From positions 63,679-127,678 of the forward strand of contig CAVZRW010000001.1 of NCBI GenBank assembly GCA_963777855.1: a stretch of 64,000 nucleotides of DNA, given 5' to 3'. The position numbers and the translations under genes were made by a program. The stretch is from an uncultured Actinomycetes bacterium (GTDB lineage Bacteria > Actinomycetota > Actinomycetes > S36-B12 > CAIYMF01). How positions within the stretch are numbered: the first letter of the stretch is position 1; the number at the start of each line of letters is the position of its first letter. This document shows positions 1-9,057 of this stretch, piece by piece. The notes under the pieces were generated by a model. The model did not search any database. It was not told the DNA's origin and saw only the letters and a program-made list of their open reading frames with translations.

Positions 1-181
1 TCGCCTCGGGGAACCCGGACCACTCCAGCTGGGGGGAGATGTTCGCGCCACCGGCGGAGTGGTGCACATGGGCAAGCGGCATCTCGGTGCCCTCGACCAG
101 GTCGCTGCTGGTCACGGTGAAGGCCCCCACCGTGGGCAGGTACAGGTAGGGATCCGGTGCCACCGGTCGCTCCAGGGACAT
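1..181 (-). CDS. PEBP / YbhB-YbcL family protein, 5' part only (gene continues beyond window start)
   Basis: The reverse complement of 1-181 starts with ATG (179-181) and reads MSLERPVAPDPYLYLPTVGAFTVTSSDLVEGTEMPLAHVHHSAGGANISPQLEWSGFPEA. The GG-N-ISP-L-WSG block is the YbhB/PEBP signature. It is absent from the ORF track because no stop lies inside the window. Confidence 0.7.
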   Translation of the reverse strand, partial: MSLERPVAPDPYLYLPTVGAFTVTSSDLVEGTEMPLAHVHHSAGGANISPQLEWSGFPEA

Positions 182-329
182 GGGTGCCTCCCTCGTGTTG
201 CTCGGATACCACAGCCAACCACGCCCCGGTGGCCGCACGCGCGCCCGCGTCCGGGCCCGCCGTCCCAGCCCGTTCGCGCCCGCGTCCGGGCTCGTCGTGG
301 ACCCGGCCCCGTATGGCAGGGTGCAGCCC

Positions 330-1409
330 ATGCAGCAACGGCGGTGGATCGTCGCGCCCCTGGTGAGCCTCGGGGCCCTGGCCCTCGTGTGGGGCAGCAA
401 GCCCGCCGGCCCGCTGGCACTGGTCCTCGCGGTATTCCTGGCCACGGCCGTGCTCAGCTCGGTCCAGCATGCCGAGGTGCTGTCCCACCGGTTCGGTGAG
501 CCGTTCGGCTCGCTGATCCTGGCCGTGGCCGTGACGGCGATCGAGGTCGCGCTGATAGTCACCCTGACCCTCGGCGGTGGCCAGGGCACCGACTCGCTGG
601 CCCGGGACACCGTCTTCTCCGCCTTCATGATCGCCACCAACGGCATCGTGGGGGCAGCCCTGCTGGCAAGGACCCTGCGCGGGGATGTGGCGGTCTTCAA
701 CGCCGAGGGCACCGGTGCGATGCTCGCCACGCTGACCGCGGTGGCCAGCCTCTCGCTGGTGCTGCCGAACTTCACGTCCAGCTCCCCGGGCCCGACCTTC
801 TCGACCGGTCAGCTGGTGTTCGCCGCGGTGGCCTCGTTGAGCCTCTACCTGCTCTTCGTGTTCGTGCAGACCGTCCGCCACCGCGAGCAGTTCGAGCCGA
901 TCGGGGCGGGCGGACCCGTGCCGCACCCCGACGACCACGACCAGGTGCCCACCAACGGCCAGGCGGTGGCCAGCCTCGTGCTGCTGCTGGTGGCCCTGGT
1001 GGCCGTCGTCGGGCTGGCGAAGGTCGTCTCGCCGGCCATGGAGTCCGCCGTGCTGGAGGCCGGCCTGCCCCTGACGACCGTCGGTGTGGTGATCGCCCTG
1101 CTGATCCTGCTCCCCGAGGGGATCTCGGCGGTGCACGCGGCCCGGGCCAACGACGTGCAGCGCAGCTTCAACCTCGCCTACGGCTCGGCGATGGCCAGCA
1201 TCGGCCTGACGATCCCGGCGATCGCGATCGTCTCGCTGGCCTCCGGACGACAGCTCCTGCTGGGCCTGGGGTCCACGGGGATCCTCATGCTGGCCCTGAC
1301 GGTGGTGGTCTCGGTGCTGACCGTGACGCCCGGTCGCGCGACCCTGCTCCAGGCCGGGGTGCACCTGACCCTGGCGGGCGCGTTCCTCGCGCTGGCCGTG
1401 ATGCCGTAG
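330..1409 (+). CDS. chaA: Ca2+/H+ antiporter (CaCA family, ChaA-like)
   Basis: Track ORF 180..1409. I prefer the ATG at 330 (MQQRRWIVAPLVSLG) because the first 50 codons are Arg/Pro-rich and non-membrane. The protein has multiple hydrophobic helices and two alpha-repeat-like blocks (GEPFGSLILAVAVTAIEVALIV; LLPEGISAVHAARANDVQRSFNLAYGSAMASIGLTIP). Confidence 0.8.
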   Translation: MQQRRWIVAPLVSLGALALVWGSKPAGPLALVLAVFLATAVLSSVQHAEVLSHRFGEPFGSLILAVAVTAIEVALIVTLTLGGGQGTDSLARDTVFSAFMIATNGIVGAALLARTLRGDVAVFNAEGTGAMLATLTAVASLSLVLPNFTSSSPGPTFSTGQLVFAAVASLSLYLLFVFVQTVRHREQFEPIGAGGPVPHPDDHDQVPTNGQAVASLVLLLVALVAVVGLAKVVSPAMESAVLEAGLPLTTVGVVIALLILLPEGISAVHAARANDVQRSFNLAYGSAMASIGLTIPAIAIVSLASGRQLLLGLGSTGILMLALTVVVSVLTVTPGRATLLQAGVHLTLAGAFLALAVMP

Positions 1410-1639
1410 CGCCCGTGGCCGCTCGACCCGTGTCGAGGCGTCGCTCGTCCACGCCAGGGGCGCGGGGATAGGGCGAGGAGCGCGGTACGTGCCCGGACAG
1501 GTGAGAGCCCCGCTGCCGACGGGGGAGCAAGCAGCGGGGCCCTCGGAGACGATCTTGGGCCTGCGCACCGTTCGGGCAACTCGGGGCGGCGTGTCGTGCG
1601 CCACACGAGGGCCGCCGGACTGGGCTGAGTGCGCCGGGC

Positions 1640-2179
1640 TCAGCCGCTCACCAGCACGGCCAGGGTCACGCGCACCTCGTCGGCCACCTTGAGCTGACCC
1701 ATCATCGTGGAGAACGGGCGGATGCCGAAGTCGCTCTGGCGCAGCGTCACGGCGCACTCGACCTGCGTGCCCCCCTCCGCCGCGGTCACGCCCAGGGCCG
1801 CCTCGATCGGGCGCCCCACCCCGGCGATGGTGAGGGTGCCGGCGGTCACCAGCCCGGATGCATCGGGACCGAGCGCGTCGGAGGCGTAGGTGACCTCCGG
1901 GTGGCGCGCGGCGCCCAGCGTCTTCAGCGCGTTGTCCCGGATCGCGGCCCGATCGCCGTCGGTGAGGGGCTTGAGGCCCCCGGAGCCGGAGAGCACCTCG
2001 AGGCTGGGCAGGTGCGCGGTGAGGCGGACCGCCGTGGGAGTGGCCCCGTCGAGGTCGACGGTCGCGCCCCAGTCGGCGATGCGCAGCACGAGGTTGTGCC
2101 CCATGCGGGCAGCGGTCGCCCGCGACGCCCGTGTGCAGCAGCAGTTCGCCGTCATCCGGCCCGAGGTCCATGCCGGCAT
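1640..2179 (-). CDS. YceI-like family protein
   Basis: Track ORF 1640..2179. ARMGHNLVLRIADW and SDFGIRPFSTMMGQLKVADEVRVTLAV match conserved YceI beta-barrel strands. The start is uncertain (2179 or 2155). Confidence 0.7.
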   Translation of the reverse strand: MPAWTSGRMTANCCCTRASRATAARMGHNLVLRIADWGATVDLDGATPTAVRLTAHLPSLEVLSGSGGLKPLTDGDRAAIRDNALKTLGAARHPEVTYASDALGPDASGLVTAGTLTIAGVGRPIEAALGVTAAEGGTQVECAVTLRQSDFGIRPFSTMMGQLKVADEVRVTLAVLVSG

Positions 2180-2287
2180 CGTCGCAGGCCCGGGCCGGTC
2201 CGTGCGCAGTGGGTCTGGCGTCGCGGACGTGGTCGTGGGGTGCGACCGGTGACCGCAGTCACGGGCCGCACCCCACGGTCGGTCGGG

Positions 2288-3086
2288 TCAGGCGCTGGCC
2301 GGCGGGACGACGACGTCGTCGTGCTCGGTCTGCTCCTTGTCCTCGGTCTTGTTCTCGTCCTCGTTGTCGTCGGCGTCCTCGTGGTGCTCGTCGAGGTCGC
2401 GGGTCTTCGGGCCGTGGTGGCCCTCCTCGGAGTCCTCGCGGTCGTGGTCGCGAGCGTCCTGGTCGTCGGTCACGGCGTCGTCGCCGCGATCGCCCCGGCA
2501 GCGGTCCTCGCCGTCCTCGCCGTCGAGGGCGTCGTCGCCGGAGTCGCCGCGCAGGCGGTCGGAGCCCAGCCCGCCGGCGATGGCGTCGTCGCCCCTGCCG
2601 CCGCGCAGGTAGTCGTCGCCGTCGTCGCCGTCGAGCTCGTCGTCGCCGGCGTTGCCGTAGAGGCGGTCGTTGCCGGCGCCGCCGACGAGGTTGTCGTCGT
2701 TGCGGTCGCCACTGATGCGGTCGGCGGCGTCACCGCCGCTGAGGAAGTCCTTGCCGGCCCCGCCGTGCAGGCGGTCCTTGCCCCCGCGGCCGTAGACGCG
2801 GTCGTTGCCCGCCCCGCCGTAGATGACGTCGACGCCCTCGGAGCCGCAGACCAGGTCGTTGCCGCCGCGGGCGTGCACGACATGTCGGCCGGCACCGGTG
2901 ACGAGGATGACGTCGTCGCGCTTCGTGCCGCGGATGTGCCTGGCGCCGGACGTGATGGTGACCGTCTGGCCCTGGCAGGTCGGCCGGGTCGGTGGGTGTG
3001 GGCACGGTCACGGCGTGGGCGGCCGGGACCAGCCCGAACCCCACGAGCGTGAGCGCGGCCAGGGACGCGGTGCTGCGCATAGACAA
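2288..3086 (-). CDS. Secreted RTX-type (hemolysin-type Ca2+-binding GGxGxD repeat) protein with acidic/His-rich tail; signal peptide and repeat body are in different frames as assembled
   Basis: Track ORF 2730..3086 begins MSMRSTASLAALTLVGFGLVPAAHA, a Sec signal with an AHA cleavage site, and then turns into Arg-rich nonsense. Track ORF 2288..2878, whose frame is open upstream to about 3007, reads TCQGQTVTITSGARHIRGTKRDDVILVTGAGRHVVHARGGNDLVCGSEGVDVIYGGAGNDRVYGRGGKDRLHGGAGKDFLSGG... This is about 10 nonapeptide GGxGxD repeats followed by a D/E/H-rich tail. The frame junction lies within about 2965-3007. Confidence 0.7.
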
Positions 3087-3160
3087 GTCGTGCCATAGGA
3101 ACCTCCGGGAGTAGGGCGATATGCACTCGGGGGTATCGGTCCCGGGCGGGCGGATCGGAG

Positions 3161-3217
3161 GAGGTTCACCCGTCCGTGTCGGCCCGGGGGTCGAGGTTCA
3201 CCCGGTCGGCCCCGGGG
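3161..3217. repeat. Direct repeat GAGGTTCACCCG..GTCGGCCCCGGGG (two copies, 32 bp register) in a divergent intergenic region
   Basis: 3161-3189 is gaggttcacccgtccgtgtcggcccgggg and 3193-3217 is gaggttcacccggtcggccccgggg. They lie between the RTX gene start (3086, minus) and the acyl-CoA dehydrogenase start (3300, plus). Confidence 0.5.
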
Positions 3218-3299
3218 TGCCCGGGCGGGCCCGCCCCTTCGCGGCGGAGTGGTCCGCCCCCGCGCGGGACTCCGCGGGCGCGGGTCTAGCGTGCCCCTC

Positions 3300-4454
3300 A
3301 TGGTGACCCCCTTCATCGATCCGTTCGACACCGACGAGCGCCGGGCGCTGCGGTCCCTGACGCGCGACTTCGTCACGCGCGAGGTGCTGCCCGACCTCGA
3401 TGCCTGGGAGCGGGCCGGGGAGATCCCGCGCGCCCTGCACGAGCGCGCCGCCGCGGCCGGCCTGCTGGGCATCGGCTTCCCCGAGGCGGTCGGGGGCAGC
3501 GGCGGGGACCTCATCGACGGCCTGGTGATGACCGAGGAGCTTCTCGGGTCCGGGGCCAGCGGGGGCCTGGCCGCGGGCCTGTTCACGCACGGGATCGCCC
3601 TTCCCCACATCGTGGCGGCCGGCGACGCGGGCCAGGCCGAGCGGTTCGTCCGGCCGGTCCTCGAGGGTCGCGCGATCGCCGCACTGGCGGTCACCGAGCC
3701 CGACGGCGGGTCGGACGTGGCGGCGCTGCGCACCCGCGCCGAGCGCGACGGCGACGAGTGGGTGATCAACGGCACCAAGATCTACATCACCTCCGGGGCC
3801 CGCGCGGACTGGATCACCGTCGCGGTGCGCACCGGCGGCCCCGGGTTCGCCGGGATCTCCCTGGTGGTGGTGCCCACCGACACCCCGGGCTTCAGCGTGG
3901 TCCGCCGCCTGGAGAAGATCGGCTGGCACTGCTCGGACACCGCCGAGCTGGCCTTCGTCGATGCACGGGTGCCGGTGGCCAACACGGTCGGCCCGGTGGA
4001 CAGCGGCTTCATCCAGATCGCGCAGCAGTTCGTGGTCGAGCGGCTGTGGATCGCGGTGCAGGCCTACGCCACGGCGCAGCGCTGCCTGGACCTGGCGCTT
4101 GCCTGGGCGCGGCTGCGCACGACCTTCGGCAAGCCGCTGACCGGCCACCAGGTGGTGCGCCACCAGCTGGTCGAGATGCACCGCCAGACCGACGTGGCGC
4201 GCACCTACACCCGGCAGGTCGCGCTTCGCCACGTCGCCGGCCAGGACGTGATCGCCGAAGCGGCGCTGGCCAAGAACACCGCGGTGGCCGCGGCCGAGGC
4301 CGTCACCTACCAGGCGGTCCAGATGTTCGGGGGGCAGGGCTGCATGCGCGACGCCGAGGTGGAGCGCCACTACCGCGACGCGCGGATCCTGGCGATCGGC
4401 GGCGGGGCCACCGAGGTCATGACCGAGCTGGCGGCGCGCCGGCTGGGGCTGTAG
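3300..4454 (+). CDS. Acyl-CoA dehydrogenase
   Basis: Track ORF 3249..4454, with the ATG at 3300 (MVTPFIDPFDTDERRAL). ACAD hallmarks are present: AALAVTEPDGGSDVAAL, WVINGTKIYITSG, QMFGGQGCMRDAEVERHYRDARILAIGGGATEV. Confidence 0.9.
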   Translation: MVTPFIDPFDTDERRALRSLTRDFVTREVLPDLDAWERAGEIPRALHERAAAAGLLGIGFPEAVGGSGGDLIDGLVMTEELLGSGASGGLAAGLFTHGIALPHIVAAGDAGQAERFVRPVLEGRAIAALAVTEPDGGSDVAALRTRAERDGDEWVINGTKIYITSGARADWITVAVRTGGPGFAGISLVVVPTDTPGFSVVRRLEKIGWHCSDTAELAFVDARVPVANTVGPVDSGFIQIAQQFVVERLWIAVQAYATAQRCLDLALAWARLRTTFGKPLTGHQVVRHQLVEMHRQTDVARTYTRQVALRHVAGQDVIAEAALAKNTAVAAAEAVTYQAVQMFGGQGCMRDAEVERHYRDARILAIGGGATEVMTELAARRLGL

Positions 4455-4581
4455 GGCGCGGGCCGCAGCCGGCGGCCGTCCGCTCGCCCGCAGGGCGACG
4501 GGTCAGCGCCTCGCGTACGGTCTACCTGCAGTGACGGTGCCCATCGATGTGCCCGCCAGGTCGCGTTGCGAGGAGGTGCCC

Positions 4582-5936
4582 ATGCCCGGTCACGAGGACT
4601 CGTTCTGGGGTGATGAGGGTCCCGCGGTCGAGGGCGTGATGCGGTGGGTCGCCGACCGGGTCGCCCGCTCCAGCGACCCGAAGACCACCGCGCGGCCTGC
4701 CTCCGAGCTGGCTGCGGACGCCGGCCCCGCGGTCACCCCGCAGGGGATCGGCTGGCAGGCGGCCCTCGAGGTCTTCGACCGCGTGCTGGTGCCGGCCACC
4801 CGCGCCCAGGACGACCCGCTGAACCTCGCCTACATCCCGGCGGCTCCCACGCGCGCGGCTATCGCCTTCGACCTGGCCACCAGCGCGGCCAATGTCTTCG
4901 CCGGCGTCTGGGAGGCCGGCGCGGGGGCGATCCACGCCGAGAACGAGGCCCTGGCCTGGCTGGTCGGGCTGCTGGGCTGGCCCACCACGGCCGGGGGCAC
5001 GTTCGTCTCCGGCGGGACCATCGGCAACCTCTCGGCGCTGGTGACCGCGCGGCAGGCGATCCGCACCCGGCGCGGCGAGGACCCCGGATCCGGGTGGCTG
5101 CTGGCCGCCACCGCCGACGCGCACTCCAGCATCCGGGGGGCGGCTCATGTGCTCGACGTGGGCATCGTCGAGGTGCCCGAGGACGAGCGGGGCCACATGA
5201 CCGGTGCTGCTGTCCGGGAGGTGCTGGCCCGCAACCCGAAGGTGTTCGCCGTCGTGGCCTCGGCGGGCACGACCAACGCCGGGGTGGTCGACGACCTCGC
5301 CGACGTGTCCGAGGCCTGCGCCGAGCACGGCACCTGGCTGCACATCGACGGGGCCTACGGCGGGGCGGGTGTCGCCGCCCCCAGCGTCCGGGAGCGCTTC
5401 GCGGGGATCGAGCGGGCCGACAGCTTCATCGTCGACCCGCACAAGTGGCTGTTCGCCCCCTACGACTGCTGCGCCCTGCTCTACCGCGATCCCGGACCGC
5501 ACGGGCCGCGCATGCCCAGCACGCCACCTACCTCGACCTCGTCGACCGCGAGCAGTGGAACCCCGCCGACCTGGCTGTGCACCTGTCCCGGCGCGCCCGG
5601 GGCCTGCCGTTCTGGTTCTCCCTGGCGGTGCACGGCAGCGATCGCTACACGGAGGCCGTCGAGGCGACGCTGACCATCGCCAGGGAGGTGGCGGCCGGGA
5701 TCGAGGCCAGTGACCACCTGCGGCTGGTCAAGGCCCCCGAGCTCTCGGTCCTGCTCTTCCAGAGGCCCGGCTGGGACGCGGCCCAGTACCAGCAGTGGTC
5801 GTCCCGCGCGGCGCACGAGGGCTGGATCCTCTGCGTGCCCACCACCTGGCGTGGCGAGACGGTCCTGCGGCTCGCGTTCGTCAACCCCGACACCCGCGCC
5901 GAGCGGGTCCTGGCCATGCTCGAGACCCTGCGCTGA
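4582..5936 (+). CDS. Group II pyridoxal-phosphate-dependent (aromatic-amino-acid/glutamate-type) decarboxylase; one frame change as assembled
   Basis: Track ORFs 4531..5673 and 4644..5936 are the two halves. A GAGGAGG RBS lies 6-7 nt before ATG 4582. Motifs: GGTIGNLSALVTAR, SAGTTNAGVVDDL, HIDGAYGG, SFIVDPHKWLFAPYDCCALLYRDP (PLP lysine). After LYRDP (about 5491-5497) the conserved continuation TARAAHAQHATYLDLVDREQWNPADLAVHLSRRARGLPFWFSL is in another frame. Confidence 0.85.
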
Positions 5937-5949
5937 CGCCCTCCCGCGC

Positions 5950-6555
5950 CTACTCGCCGGGGGACGGGGGGGTGGAGCGCTGGACGGTGCGACCCAGGGC
6001 CTCGAGGCGCTCGCGCAGCAGGGCTCGGTCGCCGTCGAGCTCGTAGTGGATCGAGGACGCCAGGACCGTGTCGAGCACCACCCCGGCCAGGTCGTCGGCG
6101 TCGGCGGGGTCGACGCGGTCGGCCAGGCCCTCGGCGAGCATCGCCCGGGCGCGCTGGCGGGCCCGGATCAGCGCCTCGCGGCACTTCGGGGAGGTGGCCG
6201 AGGCCAGCAGGGTCACCCACGAGAACACCGCGATCGGTCGCGTCGGGGAGGTGATGGTGGCCTCCCAGGCCAGGATTGCCGCGGTCACCGTCATCTGGAA
6301 GGACCCGGTCCGGCTCACCGAGGCGTCGATGACGGCCAGCCACTGCTCGACCAGCTGCTCGACGGCAGCGGCGATCATTCCGTCCTTGCTGCCGAATTGG
6401 TAGTAGATCGTCGGGGGCGTCACCTCGGCCAGGCCGCAGATCTTCTGGATGGCCAGCGCGGCTGGATCCAGGGCGGCCAGCCCCTGGATCGTGGCCTGCA
6501 GGATCCGCTGGTCGGTCGGTCGGTCGGGCCGGGCCGGGTCGGGGGCCACGCTCAC
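5950..6555 (-). CDS. TetR/AcrR family transcriptional regulator
   Basis: This is the last ~200 codons of track ORF 5950..7041. HTH: AIQKICGLAEVTPPTIYYQFGSKDGMIAAAVE. A candidate GTG start at 6553-6555 overlaps, as GTGA, the stop (6552-6554) of the upstream GMC remnant. GTGs at 6549 and 6558 are also possible. Confidence 0.8.
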   Translation of the reverse strand: MSVAPDPARPDRPTDQRILQATIQGLAALDPAALAIQKICGLAEVTPPTIYYQFGSKDGMIAAAVEQLVEQWLAVIDASVSRTGSFQMTVTAAILAWEATITSPTRPIAVFSWVTLLASATSPKCREALIRARQRARAMLAEGLADRVDPADADDLAGVVLDTVLASSIHYELDGDRALLRERLEALGRTVQRSTPPSPGE

Positions 6556-6965
6556 CACCCCGAGGCGGCGGGGGCGAGCTCCGGGACGGCGGGGGTGCGC
6601 GGTGCCACGGGGGCGATCCGGGCATAGGCCTGGCCCGGGGCCGGCCGCGGGTCCGCCTCGCCCTTGTTCGGCCAGAACGACATCGCGCGCTCGGCCTGCG
6701 CCGTGATCGTCAGCGAGGGGTATTGGGGTGGATCGAGGAGGTGATCGCCGGCCCGATGGAGTAGTCCACGGTGATGTCGCGGGCCTCGACCGGCAGGTCG
6801 ACTCGGAGTTCGTGCGGGTCAGCTGGCCCAGGCGCGCCGAGATCAGCGGCAGCACGCCGGTGTCGCGCATCGTGTGCAGGAGCTTCTGCGTGCCCAGGGT
6901 GCCGGCGGCCAGCACGACCGGGCCCATCGACCCCGGTTCCCGGCCAGGGACGTGAGCGTGTCGTC
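6552..6965 (-). pseudogene. Remnant of a GMC-family (cholesterol-oxidase-like) FAD oxidoreductase: 5'-truncated, internally deleted and frameshifted
   Basis: Three homologous fragments lie in three frames: GPVVLAAGTLGTQKLLHTMRDTGVLPLISARLGQLTRTNSES; DLPVEARDITVDYSIGPAITSSIHPN; and (N)PSLTITAQAERAMSFWPNKGEADPRPAPGQAYARIAPVAPRTPAVPELAPAASGW-stop (TGA 6552-6554). In intact homologues roughly 200 residues separate ITSS.HP from NPSLTIT, and an N-terminal FAD-binding half precedes them. Both are missing here. Confidence 0.7.
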
Positions 6966-7088
6966 GAGCGCGGTCGTGTCCATCGCAGTTAGGAGCAAGG
7001 TCGCCCCCGCCCCGGCCGTGACACCCGGGTCTCCTTGACACCGGGCCTCCCGGGGCGTACGACGGGAGGTGACACGAGGAAGTGACCA

Positions 7089-7977
7089 GTGGACGACAAG
7101 AAGTTCCAGAAGATGGCCAGCGCCCAAGGCTTCATCGCAGCCCTGGACCAGAGCGGCGGGAGCACGCCCAAGGCGCTGAGGCTCTACGGGGTCGATGACT
7201 CGGCCTACGCCGACGAGGCCCAGATGTTCGACCTCATCCACGAGATGCGCACCCGGATCATCACCAGCCCGGCCTTCACAGGCGAGCGGATCCTCGGCGC
7301 GATCCTGTTCGAGATGACGATGGAGCGCCAGGTGCTGGGCAGGGGCGCGGCTGAGTACTTGTGGCAGGAGAAGGACATCGTCTCCTTCCTGAAGGTCGAC
7401 AAGGGCCTGGCCGACGAGGTTGACGGCGCGCAGCAGATGCGGCCGATCCCCGATCTGGACCCCCTGCTCGAGCGCGCGCGGGGCCACGGCGTGTTCGGGA
7501 CGAAGATGCGCTCGGTCATCCGGCTGGCAGACGAGGCGGGGGTGGCAGCAGTCGTGGGCCAGCAGTTCGAGGTCGCCCGACGCATCCTGGCCGGCGGCCT
7601 GGTACCGATCATCGAGCCCGAGATCGACATCCACAGCCCCGAGAAGGCCGCGGCCGAGGAGCTGCTCAGGACGGCGCTGCTCGACCAGGTCGGGCAACTG
7701 GGGGCCGATGACGTCGTCATGCTCAAGCTCACGCTGCCGGAGCAGGACGACTTCTACGCCGATCTCGTGGCCCACCCCCGGGTGCTGCGCGTGGTGGCCC
7801 TCTCCGGCGGGTACTCCCGCGAGGTGGCCAACGCGCGCGCTGGCCCGCAACCACGGCGTGGTCGCGAGCTTCTCGCGGGCCCTGACCGAGGGCCTGAGCA
7901 TCCAGCAGGACCAGGGGCAGTTCGACGCCGCACTCGACGCCGCCATCGAGAGCATCTACCGGGCCTCGGTGACCTGA
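7089..7977 (+). CDS. Class I (Schiff-base) fructose-bisphosphate aldolase; one frame change as assembled
   Basis: Track ORFs 7089..8099 and 7420..7977. A GAGGAAG RBS lies 8 nt before GTG 7089. Motifs: [58 protein letters not shown]. The frame switches inside the cgcgcgcg run at 7831-7840. The continuation [45 protein letters not shown] stops at 7977. Confidence 0.85.
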
Positions 7978-8095
7978 CCTCACGCAGAGGAGGGGTGCTC
8001 ATGGCTCCTGCACCGATGAGCACCCGCGGGGCAGGGGCGACGGGTCGACGCCGGTGGATCGATGCGCGCCGGCCGATCCCACATACAGTCGGGTC

Positions 8096-9055
8096 ATGAC
8101 CACCTCCGGAGCTGGGTCCCGCCGGACCGCCGAGTCGCGGTGGGCCGACCTCGACGGCCCGGTGCACTACCTCGACTACGGGGGCCCGCAGGGCAGCCCG
8201 CTGCTGGTGTGCGTGCACGGCCTGGGCGGATCGGCCCTGAACTGGGCGGCCGTGGCCCCGGACCTGGCGCGCGACCACCGCGTGCTGGCCCTGGACCTGG
8301 CCGGGTTCGGGCGCACCCGTGGTGGGTCGCGCTCGACGACCGTCCAGGCCAACGAGCGGCTCCTGCACCGCTTCCTCGTCGAGGTCGCCGGCACCCCGGC
8401 GATCCTCGTCGGCAACTCGATGGGCGGGCTGATCGCGATCAGGCAGGCAGCAGAACGACCGGCCACGGTGGCCGGGCTCGTGCTCGTGGACCCGGCCCTG
8501 CCCCCGGCGCTGTCGGCGCGACCCGACCCCCGTGTGGTGGCCACCTTCGCCGCCTTCGTGGTCCCGGCCGTGGGCCGTCGGGTGCTCAGCCGACGCCGCG
8601 ACTCCCAGTCCGCCGAGGACGCTGCGCGCGAGATCCTGGCCCTGTGCTGTGCCGATCCCGCGCGGATCCCCAGCGACGTGCTGGACCTGCACGTGGAGCT
8701 GGCCGGCCAGCGCCGCGAGGACCCGGACGTCGACTCCGAGATGCTGGCGGCCGCGCAGTCGCTGCTGTGGGTCCTGGCCGACCGGCGGCGCTACGCGGCA
8801 ATGCAGCGGGCGATCGCCGCACCGGTGCTGCTGCTGCACGGGGACCGCGACCGCTTGGTCAACATCGCCTCGGCGCGGGCGGCGGCCGCGGCCAACCCGT
8901 CCTGGCAGTTCGAGGTGGCGCACGGGGTGGGCCACGTGCCCCAGCTCGAGGTGCCCGTCTGGACCACCCACATGCTGCGCCGATGGCTGGGCCTTCACCC
9001 GCGGGCCGCTGACCGTGCCGCCCAGGCACGCCCCCTCGCGCTGGACAGGAGCTGA
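8096..9055 (+). CDS. Alpha/beta-fold hydrolase
   Basis: Track ORF 8054..9055, with the ATG at 8096. Motifs: VCVHGLGGSALNW, nucleophile elbow GNSMGG, LLLHGDRDRLV, GHVPQLE. Confidence 0.85.
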   Translation: MTTSGAGSRRTAESRWADLDGPVHYLDYGGPQGSPLLVCVHGLGGSALNWAAVAPDLARDHRVLALDLAGFGRTRGGSRSTTVQANERLLHRFLVEVAGTPAILVGNSMGGLIAIRQAAERPATVAGLVLVDPALPPALSARPDPRVVATFAAFVVPAVGRRVLSRRRDSQSAEDAAREILALCCADPARIPSDVLDLHVELAGQRREDPDVDSEMLAAAQSLLWVLADRRRYAAMQRAIAAPVLLLHGDRDRLVNIASARAAAAANPSWQFEVAHGVGHVPQLEVPVWTTHMLRRWLGLHPRAADRAAQARPLALDRS

Positions 9056-9057
9056 CC

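Noticed and set aside
1901-3052. 383-aa plus-strand ORF with long Val/Ala/Gly runs (VLVLVVVGVLVVLVEVAGL...). It could be mistaken for a membrane protein.
   Set aside because: It is the antisense reading of the GAC/GGC-rich RTX repeat gene. Its periodic V/A/G pattern simply mirrors the D/G nonapeptide repeats on the other strand.
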